A stretch of DNA of 64,000 bases, from positions 18,106,001-18,170,000 of the forward strand of contig NC_087245.1 in assembly GCF_037042905.1 (NCBI RefSeq), in the 5' to 3' direction. The stretch comes from Lytechinus pictus. Taxonomy: Eukaryota. The notes under the pieces are model-generated. The model searched no databases, was not told where the DNA came from, and saw only the letters and a list, made by a program, of their open reading frames with translations. A program made the translations under genes and the position numbers. Below are positions 12,641-23,995 of this stretch, piece by piece (the first letter of the stretch is position 1; every line of letters begins with the position of its first letter).

Positions 12641-13786
12641 GGGAAAGCAGAGGAAGGGCAAGTATGGTGAGGGGAGAAACACCGTTGCTGTTCAATTGTT
12701 ATGAGGATTGGAAGGCAAGGGCGGCCGAACGAATTTACGTTTGGGGGGCAAAGCCAAAAATGACACTCGTATACGTGTCAAAATGGGCACTTTGGTAATA
12801 TTTTCACCATGAGATTATCATCTGCGAAAAGTCATTGTGTGTTTTATAGTAATTAAGTAGAGAAAAGTCTTTTTGAAGTGACTTCTGATTATGGAAAAAT
12901 GTATATTTAGGCTTTATTTTTCGCGAGAGAGTATAATGAGCGAGCGGTTTGGAAAAAATTCAAAGCTGAAGTTGTAAAACTCGTTTTGGGGGTCAATTAC
13001 TGTTAAAATTGCATTATTGCGAGGTGTTGCGAGCGTGAATCACAAGCTCAAACTTTAGGGCATTTCAATAAGAAATGAAAATGAAAAATACCGAGCAGGT
13101 TTCTGCTATCATTAAAAAGGTGTGCATCTAATCATGGACCCTGGGGTCCATGATCTAACTAAAAAATTAACACGAGCGCAAAGCGCGAGCTTAAATATAC
13201 TGACCAGAAAATGTACCTGTTAAGGACTGCATTTAGTGACCTCTTTAATGGGATACATATTTCACCAATCGAATAATGCGAGTGCGAAGCGCGAGCTTAA
13301 AAATTGTAATATTCCAGCCTGAAAATTAATTTAAAATGTATACTTTAAAAAGAGTATTTATTTAGAAAAAAGGGAATTTCCCATTTTGGAAAAAAGCATT
13401 TCCCTGTTGTTTCTTTTTGGGGTGCAAGTGCCCCCTGCCCCCCCCCCCCCCGGCGGATCCAAGTTTTGCCAATAGGGGGGGGGGCGGGCGAAATTTTTCA
13501 CCCATATTTTCCCCGATCGGCAGCTCAAAGTTTATTTTTGTTTGTTTGTTTCTTAGTCCTAACAGTCTATTATTAGCTTTATTCTTATAAAATAAAGTAA
13601 ATATGTAATGATATCATAAGCCCTTTTTTTTTAAATGCGAGCACGAAGCGCGAGCTATAATTTTTTTTAAATATGATGGGCAATATGTTTGTGATCTTCA
13701 AAACAAGATGCCTATGTAACTAGATAACAACTGCGAGCAAGAAGCGCGAGCAGAAACTTTGACCTGATCTAAAAGGGACATGTTAA

Positions 13787-14368
13787 AGGGATGGTCCAGG
13801 CTGAAAATATTTATATCTTAATACATAGAGTAGAATTCACTGATCAAAATGCCGAAAATTTCATCAAAATCGGATAACAAATAATAAAGTTATTGAAGTT
13901 TAAAGTTTAGCAATATTTTGTGAAAACAGTTGTCATGAATATTCATTAGGTGGGCTGATGATGTCACATCTCCCCTTTCCGTTTTCTTATGTTATTACAT
14001 AAAATCATGATTTTTTCATTATTTCATACTTGTGTGAATAATATGTCTCCCTTATAATGAAATAAGTTACAGCAATAAATATCTAATGCACTAAATCGGT
14101 TGTCAATCAAATTTTTCTAGTTCTTGGAGGTAAAAATTTGAATAAACCTAATTTCATATAATAAAATACAAAAGAACAAGTGGGGATGTGACATCATCAG
14201 CCCACCTAATGAATATTCATGACGACTGTTTTCACAAAATATTGCTAAACTTTAAAATTCAATAACTTTGTTATTTGTTATCTGATTTTGATGAAATTTT
14301 CGGCATTTTGTTCAGTGAATTCTACTCTATTTATTTAATTATAAATATTTTCAGCCTGGACCATCCCT
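13787..14368. mobile_element. TTAA-TSD long-TIR MITE (Kolobok-like)
   Basis: TTAA|AGGGATGGTCCAGGCTGAAAAT ... ATTTTCAGCCTGGACCATCCCT|TTAA, with ~190-bp TIRs. Confidence 0.9.
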
Positions 14369-14786
14369 TTAAGGACTTTTTGCAGTTAGCTATATGAAGA
14401 CGATACATGTTTCAACCAGGGGCGGCGGAACGTATTTTCCTTGGGGGGGGGGGGCAAAGCCAAAAAAGTGCACTTATATGCCAAAAAGGGCATTTTGGTG
14501 CAAACGGATATTTTCACCATGAGATTATCATCTGTGTAGAGAAGTTGTGTGTTTTGTAGTAATTAAGTTGAGCAAAGTTTTTTTTAATTGATTTCTGATT
14601 TGTAAGATATATATTTATGTTTTATTTTTCGCGAGCGTAGCGAGCAAGCGGTTTGGATTTTTTTCAAATCTGAAGTTGTAAAACTCGCTTTTTGGTCAAT
14701 ATGGACCTAATTACATCCTTGTGATATGTTGCGAGCGAATCACGAGCTCAAACTTTTGGAAATTTCATGTAGGCCTAATAAGACAT

Positions 14787-15057
14787 AATAACAATAATAA
14801 TAATATTGGTATTATTTACCCAGGGAAGCCACTTCAGTTCAGAAAACTGTTCTCCCAGCGGGCCCTGCTATCATTATTACACCGGCTTTAGCTGGGCTGC
14901 CTAGGCGCCCAAATGAAGGCATTTAAAGAATTTCTTCCTGGGTTGAGTGCAGCACAGTGTGGATAAATTTCTTGCTGAAGGAAATTACGCCATGACTGGG
15001 ATTCGAACCTACGAATACGACCCTCTGTTTTATAGTCAGAAGGGCCACAACGCCCCA
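14787..15057 (-). mobile_element. tRNA-derived SINE, degenerate copy
   Basis: Homologous to 16291-16580; B box and (TAT)n tail. Inserted into a MITE whose uninterrupted paralogue is at 12720-13120. Confidence 0.8.
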
Positions 15058-16290
15058 TATAAAAAGTAAACATTCCGAGCATTTTTTGTAATCATGAAAA
15101 AAGGATTAACATTGTTAGCACTATAGGCGTAACGATCAATAAAATTTTATCAACATTTATATTCTTTATTACCATTTTTATTATGATCATCGTTTGGATT
15201 ATCATGATCATCATTAGTTTTATTTTTATTTTTATTACCAGCAGAAGCTCTTATTAAAAATGACATCCCCTTCAATAAAATCATATTATCTGGAGGTTAC
15301 TCGCACGCGACCAACATACTTAATCCCCTGCATCCTTAAACCATCCTGTATACACAAACACACCCCATTAGGCCTATGTATTACTCACTTAAGTAATGCA
15401 TGGGCATATTATAGAGTTGCACGATCCAAACTTTTTTTCCGCTGCTCTTCATTTTCCCCTCATTTTCTGCCTCCTTTTGTTTCACTACTCGAAAAGACAG
15501 ACTCGTAAAGTAAAGGGGAAGTTCACCCTGACAAAAGTTTATTGTAAAAAAAAAGAAGAAAAAAAAAATATATTGCCGAAGGTTTGAGGAAAATCTATGG
15601 AAGAATAAAACAAGTTATTTAAATTCTAATTATTTGATATGCAATCAAAAAATTTAAGGGGGTTGAACACCTGTAACCGACTCCTGCGTACGCCACTGGT
15701 GTGGTAAAAAAAACAAAAAAACAATGAAGTATCATATTCTCAGAAAATTGAAAATGCTTATGTATTGTACCTTCAGCTAGTATATCAAAGGGGCGGATCC
15801 AGCTCCCGCCAATAGGGGGGGGGGGCCGAATTTTTTTTCACCCATATTCTCCCCGATCGGCCGCTAAAAGTTGATTTTTGTTTGTTTTTTTGAATGGGTT
15901 GTCCCGGTGGCGTAATATCCCCAAAATTTGGAGGGGGCTCGATACGGCGTATCGCATAAAATTATTAAAAAGTTGCAAGCGAGCGAAGCGAGCGAGCAAA
16001 AATTTTGACATTTTTATTACAAAAATCAAAGTTTGTGATAGATTTTGACATAACATTTGCAAACTGATAGGCTAATATTTCACCCTTATCTCTTTCCTTT
16101 TCTCTTTTTTTTTTGGTCGTGATTTTTTATTTTTTTTTATTTTTTTTTTTTTGGGGGGCAAATTGCCGTTGTCCTAACAGTTATTTCTTAGCTTTATTCT
16201 TATAAAACAACATAAAAAAGGGTAATAACCTCATTAGCCCTATTTAAATAGTGCGAGCGTGAAGCGCGCGAGCTAAAATTTTTTGGCTTA

Positions 16291-16580
16291 CAATAATAAT
16301 AATAATACAGGTGTTTACCAGGGAAGCCGCTTCAGTTCCGAAAACTGTTCTCCCAGCGGGCCCTGCTATTATTATTACCCCGGCTTTAGCTGGGCTGCCT
16401 AGGTGCTCAAAGCATTCAAGGAATTTCTTCCTACCGGGTACCCATTCATCTCACCTGGTTTGAGTGCAGCACAGTGTGGATAAATTTCTTGATGAAGGAA
16501 ATTACGCCATGGCTGGGATTCGAACCCACGACCCTCTGTTTCAAAGTCCGAAGACTAATCCACTGGGCCACAACGCTCCA
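16291..16580 (-). mobile_element. tRNA-derived SINE, near full length
   Basis: On the minus strand: GGAGCGTTGTGGCCCAGTGG (A box), GGTTCGAATCCC (B box), a ~200-nt body and a (TAT)n tail. Confidence 0.88.
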
Positions 16581-17418
16581 CAATTCAAAAGAGAAGCTAT
16601 TAAAGTTGAAATCGTCACGTTTCTGAACATAGAAATGGTACTCATTAGAAAGAAAAATGACCATCATGGCACTCACTTAATATGAAGGGGCATTTTGGGG
16701 AAACGGGAACCCATTGGAATATTGAGAAATTGTGCTTTTTCAAGCTACCTTATTTTCGTTCCATAGTCGCTTTACTTTTCAAATTCCTTATTGGTCGCCT
16801 GATAAAGGTTTTCGCTACATTCTTAAGATACAGCGAGATTATTATGGGGCGCACTAGCTTTTGAAGCCGGATATTACGTGCATGTATGCATATATATGTG
16901 CACTGAGCTAGCTGCATATATATATATGCGCAACGTGTAGAAATGGATGGTGGCCGCGGATGATCAGTGTGCTGAAAAGATTTAGATTCTTTCCTCACTG
17001 AGTGTCGAAAGGTCGAGATCTTACAGATGAGGCTGTTAAAAACTGTTTGAATTAATGTCGAGACGAGTCTGATGGTGGTAAGTGAATATTGGGAATAGCT
17101 ACGGAGAACGGTTAATTTTTCAGCAGCTCCTCACTCAGCCTCAGGCTCATGTCTGCCTCCGGCTCCGCGAAGCTAGACCGTAGTCGTAGACGGTCGACGC
17201 GACGGCAGAGCTGAGCTTGAAGTTGAGAACCGTCCCGAGAGCGAGCCCCCGCCAGTGTTGCGGCGGGATGGGGGGGGGGGGGGGTAGCCAGGACTGGAGA
17301 GTAAAAATCATTTATTAACGTATGCTTACTCTCAACGGAGCCAGGAATACCTTTCCATTCATCTCCTTGTCATGCTATTGCACTCTACCGCCAAAAAACC
17401 TGAAACTTTCGCCCCCGA

Positions 17419-18876
17419 CAGTAGAGGTGCCGGTCAGAAAATTGGGATCGTCCTACTGTACAGGTACAGGGACTGTCTCAGTTTTCAAAGATATCTCCGC
17501 ACAAGAAATCTATGAAAGTTCATTCACCTGTCAAGTGCCGAAATCAATTGAGTGCGCTAGTCAATGTAAACATATCAGCATGATCAGGTTTCATATAAAT
17601 CATAAGATTATTGGAAGACGGCAAGTTGTGAAAAATAGACGGTGAACTGGGGGGAATTGAGGTCACTGAATCTATTTTTAGCACTCCCAATCCCCATAAT
17701 TGCCATCCAGGGGCCCGTTTCTCAACACCGTCATAATTCTAACTTCTTGACTAAATCGGAGATAGTGAGCTACTTGTCCGCGAACCGTTTCACAAAGCCC
17801 TCTTTACCAAGATCGGGTACAACAACCTCACTAAATATTTATGACACCTCCGAACCTGTCATAACTTCTTTCTTAATTACGTAGTGGCACCACGTGGGTA
17901 GACTATTACAAGCAAAAGTGCCTAGATATTTGAAAATAATAATCTTACGTAATCAATCATAGAGGTTGAAATTACATCACAAAACAAGTGGGATAATGCA
18001 TTCAATGATAATTCTAATAAAAAGAAACTATAAAAACTGTTGGTAAAACGCCACAAAACCATTCAGTTTAAAATAGTAAAATGATTTAATCGATAAAGAT
18101 TCTACCACGTCAGCCCATCCATAACTGGACTCGTATTTGTCGTTTTCAGACCCCTATTAACATTTGGATAAATTCTATCTCTAATCTATGCATAGAATTT
18201 GTCAAATCGTATGTTTCAGTTTCATAGATTTATTTTTGTTTTTGTTAAACTATATTTTGATGATGTTTGGAATCGTAGAAGGGCGTATAATCATCATCAT
18301 TTTACAAAGGAAACCGTTATGGTTTATATTCGTATACTATTCAAATTCGATGTCCCGGGGGTACCCATCTCAACGTCCACATGTGATTTTCTAGTCATGA
18401 AATGATTTATTCATAATTTAATTTTCTCAGCAATTGAATGCTCCAATCTCTATGGTCTAAATATGTGTGATGCATAATTTACATGTGCTATTATTTTGAA
18501 AAGATGTATTTCCCAATTCATCACAATATTTGCAATTTTTCATAATTTTTCTTTTTGAAAAATATGCTATTTTGTGACTAAGGCTACGTCTCTTCTGCTC
18601 TTTTTACCGATAGTATCGATATCAAGGTATTCTAGTTAGGAAGCCTTTTGAGAAACAGGTTTAGTAAGATTGGAACTATCTCCGTGGTTGGTGGATAAAG
18701 ATATGACTAACTTGTCCAGGTGTTGAGAAACGGGCCCCAGGTCCCGCAGGGTAAGTGAAAAAAAACTCCCCATAAACAAGGACAATCTCGGTTTCTCAAG
18801 ACATGATTTGTCCTGGTTTATGAGGATATCCTTGTTTTCTGGGACAATCCCAATTTTTGGACCAGCGCCTCTACTG
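17419..18876. mobile_element. Non-autonomous DNA transposon with 5-bp TSD (hAT5-like, tentative)
   Basis: ~35-bp imperfect TIR CAGTAGAGG(T/C)GC.GGTC..AAAATTGGGAT.GTCC with TSD CCCGA (17414-17418 and 18877-18881). Empty site visible in the paralogue at ~4730. Confidence 0.85.
17711..18737. mobile_element. PIF/Harbinger-like MITE nested in 17419-18876
   Basis: Perfect TIR GGGCCCGTTTCTCAACACC with 3-bp TSD CAG on both sides. Confidence 0.88.
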
Positions 18877-20410
18877 CCCGAGATTTCTACTTCTGAAAGA
18901 TCTAACGTTAGTCGTTACTCGTTGGATCTACGTAGCCTAACCCAGGGAGCTCCGGCCCGCTTTGCGGGCCGGAGCCCAGGAGTCCACCGTGCAAAACGAG
19001 GGAGACACTGGGGTAGATTGGAGTCTCAATAGTAATCTTAATAAATTGTGGAAACAGAAATAATGCACTTACCATGATTATAATATGGATGAAGGTCTAT
19101 CGTGACACACAAATCCTGACATCGAGGCACAGACTGGAACCTCAAAAAAACTAAAAGTTCTGTCGCGATACCTCTCCTTTCAAAATTCAAAACAAAATGG
19201 CCGATCGAGACAGAGGCTATATTTTGTTTTTTGAGCCCCCCTTTGAAAGTCACAGCATATATTTTTAATAGGAATATATAGATCTATATATATTTTTTTG
19301 CTTTTCAAATTTTACCTTGACGAAATGAAATTTTAGGTGAAAACATTTTTTATTTTTGCTTGTCAAATTTTCCTTCCAAAAAGGAAGAAAATGTGCCCCC
19401 CCCCCCCTTTGCAAATGAGTGTTGGGAGTAGTGAGAGCCAATTATAATCTCATGAATATAATTAGTATAAATATGCTCCCCTCCCCATTTATCCGCCAAT
19501 CTCATGATATGGTAACAAAATTTTACAAGATGGTAGAAAAATGACACTAACTACTTGATTGTAGAGGTAAACTTCACTGAATATATATGTATATACTTCA
19601 TTTTATATGAACTAATTTTTGCTGTAGATATTCTTCATGGCATTTCTAACAATTTTTCTTAAAAACAACTGGTACCAAAAAATTTCTTACGTATTTGTTT
19701 GCTTTTGAAAATTAAATCACATATTTCAGCAATTTGGGGGCTGACATGTACTACTAAATGTTAGGTAATTTCAAAACCGCATACCTGAGTGTCGTAAATT
19801 TGGACTAAAATATTTTGCAAAACTTGAGGGAAAATATTCTTGGAATGACGCCGCGCAATTTTCAAACGTAACATATTTATCGCCAAAAATTTCAGGCATC
19901 ATATGCGGCAGAATGGGTTTTAAAAGTTCAATCTTTTATTACCCATAACTCCTTAACGGTTGCTTGAATTTTCGTCTTTTTTTGTGTGCGTTTCTATTGC
20001 AAAGACCTTTCACTTGATGTGTCATTCGCCAACATTAACTTTTATCTTAATTTTTGGGTAATATAGCTACAACTTCATTTCCGACATTTCTACACAATCG
20101 ATTACGGTTTTAAACAAGAATTCATTAAAAAAACGAGAAAAAATGTTATGAAAAGACAGGGAAAACACTGTGTTTACGTCGCCATCTTGATTTCATTGTC
20201 TTTCGCCTGGTGACCGTTCAAGTTCCCTTTGAAAGGATGTTGCAAAGATTTGAGCATATGAAATTATTTTCTGGCGTGTATAACGTGCACGTTCGATAAT
20301 AGGCAGGCCGGTTGATAATACAATCACTCACTATAAATGTTCACAGATATACCAGTTCTCTCAATCAATCACATTTCAAGTTCAATACATCCACCACTTT
20401 TCAGAATTAA

Positions 20411-20717
20411 GGGAACAGCTGTACATGTATTTCTGTTGGATCTCGAGGTCACTCATTGTCGAATTCTCATTCAGACATCGCTTCACTTGGCAATGCTTGG
20501 CTTTGGGCCTTCGCCATAGTTTTGATATGGACTGAAATTAGTGACCAAAAGATTTGTCTACGGCAGCTCACCCATTTTTTCTCTGCATGTTTGCATGATT
20601 TTGGTTGTAACTTCAGTCCATATCAAAATAATAGCAAATCCAACTCCAAGCTAAGCAATGTCTGACTGAGAATTTGAACAATGACGTCGAGATCGAAGCC
20701 GAAATGCAGCCATTCCC
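20411..20717. mobile_element. Degenerate palindromic MITE
   Basis: 20411-20550 aligns to the reverse complement of 20600-20717 (GATCTCGA.GTCA, AATTCTCA.TCAGACAT, TTTTGATATGGACTGAA). Confidence 0.75.
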
Positions 20718-20890
20718 GATCACGATATTAGGAAAAGCGGTGGGTATATTTACCTTCAAATTGATAGACTTGCTATGGCATTTGCGAACTATTACTGGTG
20801 GGGAAATTCTCTCGATTTCTCTCGAAATTATCCCAAAACGCTATTGAAAATAAGGTTAAAAAGGCCGTTGCCGTTGCCAAAATTGCTAAA

Positions 20891-21548
20891 GGGCTATTCC
20901 ACGGTTACCCACGTTACATTTGGAGACACCTTGACTCATACTTGGAGCTGTAACTCCATTATTATTGATAGGAACTAAACATCGCTTTATCTTCTTCCTT
21001 CTTCCTGGTTTTCTCCCTCCGCTGCTTTCGGAGATCAGCCCTATGAAGGCAATAGTATCCATAATAAATAATCATCCAGGGTTAAGAGTAGACAGGACAG
21101 GTCGTAAAGACATAGTTCATGCGGTTTAATTATGGTTATATGCAGGTTCTGAGCATGTATCAATAGATTTCAATCGACACATATGAAGTTTATAGATAAA
21201 TAACATATCACAACATAGTACGCAGTCTGACTATCCTTTGTATAAAAACAAAACTTGGGAAATTTCATTATGCTCCTGGCAAATCTTTGAAATGTGTCGG
21301 TTACTCATGTTACATGATTTGGACATGCATAAAATGAAAAGTGTCCTCATACAAGGCTTTTATGAAAGTTGATTATATCCATTTCAAAGAAGTATATTAG
21401 GGAGACAAATTTGTATATAATTCAAAAAATAAAGAACACATGGTTTTTACTAGGGGTGCAAATAAAGTGGTTACTCACGTTACTGTTCAGATGGGCTTTA
21501 TGTACAAAGACACATTAAGCTCATGTCCACCAACCTATGGAATTGCCC
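20891..21548. mobile_element. Non-autonomous DNA element with 4-bp TAAA flanks (Sola2-like, tentative)
   Basis: TAAA|GGGCTATTCCACGGTT ... AACCTATGGAATTGCCC|TAAA, with internal GGTTAC.CA.GTTAC repeats. Confidence 0.6.
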
Positions 21549-23520
21549 TAAAGTAATTTAACTCTACTTGACAAGTTAATTGGTGAATTATGCTAATTGT
21601 GCTAATTATGTACATTTCATTGCATTTAAAGGAATATCTTTGTCATAGATGGATTCCTCGTCATAGAAAACCATAGAAGAGATGTATTATATATGTTTTG
21701 GTGTTATCCATTCACAAAAAAAGAGTCTACAGATATTCAATTTATCTCTTAGTAGGTCATATTTCTCATGAATTCTATATATGATATGATTGATCAATTT
21801 GTTTGTGAGACAGACCTGTATTTCCTACCTATTTTACTTATCACAAAGATCAAACAGGTAATATGAGCCCGTTTTACCTGTTTGTTGTTTTGTCATGCGC
21901 ATATGCCCAGTGCTGATTTCTACCACGTAATATTAGGCCATATTAAGTGAGTATTCAAGCATCGTGCTGCGCACTACTATTTGCGCATCAATTTCAATGG
22001 CAAAATGCGCATTCTTTTTACTGTAATCATTGTGATGTCATGACTCATGAATGACTTCCTTTCAAAAATCACTCTCAAAATGCAGGGTTTTGCATTTTTC
22101 TTTTAGTTCTATTCTATTGGTATACCCTATTCTGCAATAATATAAGGATACACTTAAAGAGATAAAATTGTTACACCCTGCTTGTTCTCATGTAATACGG
22201 GAAATATCTACGTTCTGGTTCCATGAGGCCAGAGGGGGTGGGGGACAATAAAAGAAGAAGAAAAAGACAGCAAAATAAACTCAAGTAATTTTTTTGCTTT
22301 TCTTTACTTTTTGGGGACTAGAAAATTTAGGTTAAACAATGGAAAAACTGGGTATCTATTGCTCCGACATGAACAGGTTGGACCAGTAGAAAAAAGGGTT
22401 AGTTTTTTTTTTTTTTTTTTGGGGGGGGGGGGTTGATTACAAGTTCTTCTGCAAGAGGTCCCATCATATAAAAAAAAAGGCCTACAGTATAACACTGCAT
22501 TGGATTTGAAATCGCATTCTGGCTTCAGTTTCGTAGGTTAAAGGGAGGGGATATACAGTCATGAACTGAAATATTCCCCCCCCCATAATTTTGACAATAA
22601 ATATGCAATATGCAAAGTACATTGTAAATGATGTAGGCACATGTATAATCGCTCTAGTTGCAACATACATCTAAATACTCTATTTTGGAAGCTTACTTTA
22701 ATATTATAGAAATAAATTTCCATCAGTGTATCAATTGATTTATTGGATTTGTCAGAATAATTTTTTTCTCAGGGCTCTGTGATCATTAATCAAATGTAAA
22801 AGAATCAGCATTATCCTGCCAATTATGAGCCATAATTCACCTAAAGCTGATAAATCAACCGCAAGGTCTAGAGATCACCAATAATCATGCCTAATACTGA
22901 TGATTATCTCAAGCTTTGCATGTTATATGAGAGGTCAATTGCCTGGGATTGATGTATATTAATGTAGGCCTACAACCACAAGTATAGCCTAGTACCTGTT
23001 CCGACTCCAGTATAATTTATTGCAGGTATATTTTCATGTATGATATTTAGGGGAAAATCAATTAATGCTTGTCGATTAGGCCTACTACTATTTTGAACTG
23101 GAAAAAACCTGGTATTATTTTTTGTGGCCAGTCAAATGGCAGATGTACATGTTGACATACAAAAACCAATCTCAAGCATGGAAAAGCCTCTGATATTCAT
23201 GTAATATAATATAGGCTTTACATGTATATATTGTAGTGCTGTTATGGGTAAGAAAATTCTTTGTCGAAAGAACATTTTATTGGTAGGCTAGTTGGAGTTA
23301 AAATTGAATGCACCACGGCAGTTTAGACAAGGCCGCATCCTGTCCACGTCGTTGCTGTAGCTTTTACATGTAGGCTAGGCTTGGGCGATGCAGACATAGC
23401 ATAACCGGCGACGCAGATTGTGCATTGTCTGTGTCAGTCGAACTTGTTTACTTTTCTGAAGTTACGAACATGACAAAACGAATAACACACTACAAACTAA
23501 AATGACAGAAAAAAATTTAC

Positions 23521-23995
23521 CTGTGAGGCTGTAACAGTTTTGAATCTTTCGATGTCTAGCTGATTTTTTAAACTCTAATTGTCCAAACCGGCGACAAATA
23601 AATTAATATTCATGATTCCCAAATCCACCTGGGTTGCAGAGGCCAGCTTGTACACGCGCTCTCGAACATCCAGCGCTGCCATTGATTGACCGTATCCAGC
23701 CCAATGAATAACCAATCATTGCCGTCAAGTTAGTCAATGAATGAAACTTTCGTGGTGCGCGAGACAGCCTCATAGCAACAACATCGCTAACAGATAGAGC
23801 AATTTGACCGTTATTACTGGCTGGTTGAGTTAGGGTTTCCCCATGTGTTTGTGCGAATGCCGTGGAACTTTACTGTACTACATAATAGTGGGTATTATGG
23901 ACAACAAGAGAAAGGTTATCGATAATCACTAATTGGCAAAAACATGCGATTATCGACAGGACTACGGTAGCGATAAAAAGGTTATCGATAATGTT
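23521..23995. promoter_or_regulatory. Candidate CpG-rich promoter with a minus-strand non-coding first exon
   Basis: Minus-strand donor CAG|GTAAAT at 23520, CCAAT at 23701 and 23712, TAGCAAC half X-box at ~23773, TATCGATA at 23917 and 23983. Confidence 0.5.

Larger units (their letters stand above)
9358..16280. mobile_element. Dense cluster of fragmented, nested GC-terminal MITEs (GGCGGATCC / poly-G / poly-C ends) with GCGAGCGCGAAGCGCGAGC subterminal motifs
   Basis: Local paralogues 12720-13120 ~ 14418-14770+15060-15105 and 13450-13660 ~ 15790-16280, plus about 20 motif copies. Confidence 0.7.

Noticed and set aside
16505..16580. tRNA-Gln(TTG)-like gene on the minus strand
   Set aside because: The acceptor stem does not pair cleanly, and it continues into a SINE body and tail with a second copy at 14787-15057.
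16958..17075. C/D box snoRNA (GATGA...CTGA)
   Set aside because: No canonical RTGATGA box C or terminal stem.
17419..18876. RAG/Transib-like transposon, suggested by the GC-rich 5-bp TSD
   Set aside because: Termini are CAGTAGA rather than a CAC-type heptamer; no nonamer-like motif or RAG-like ORF was seen.
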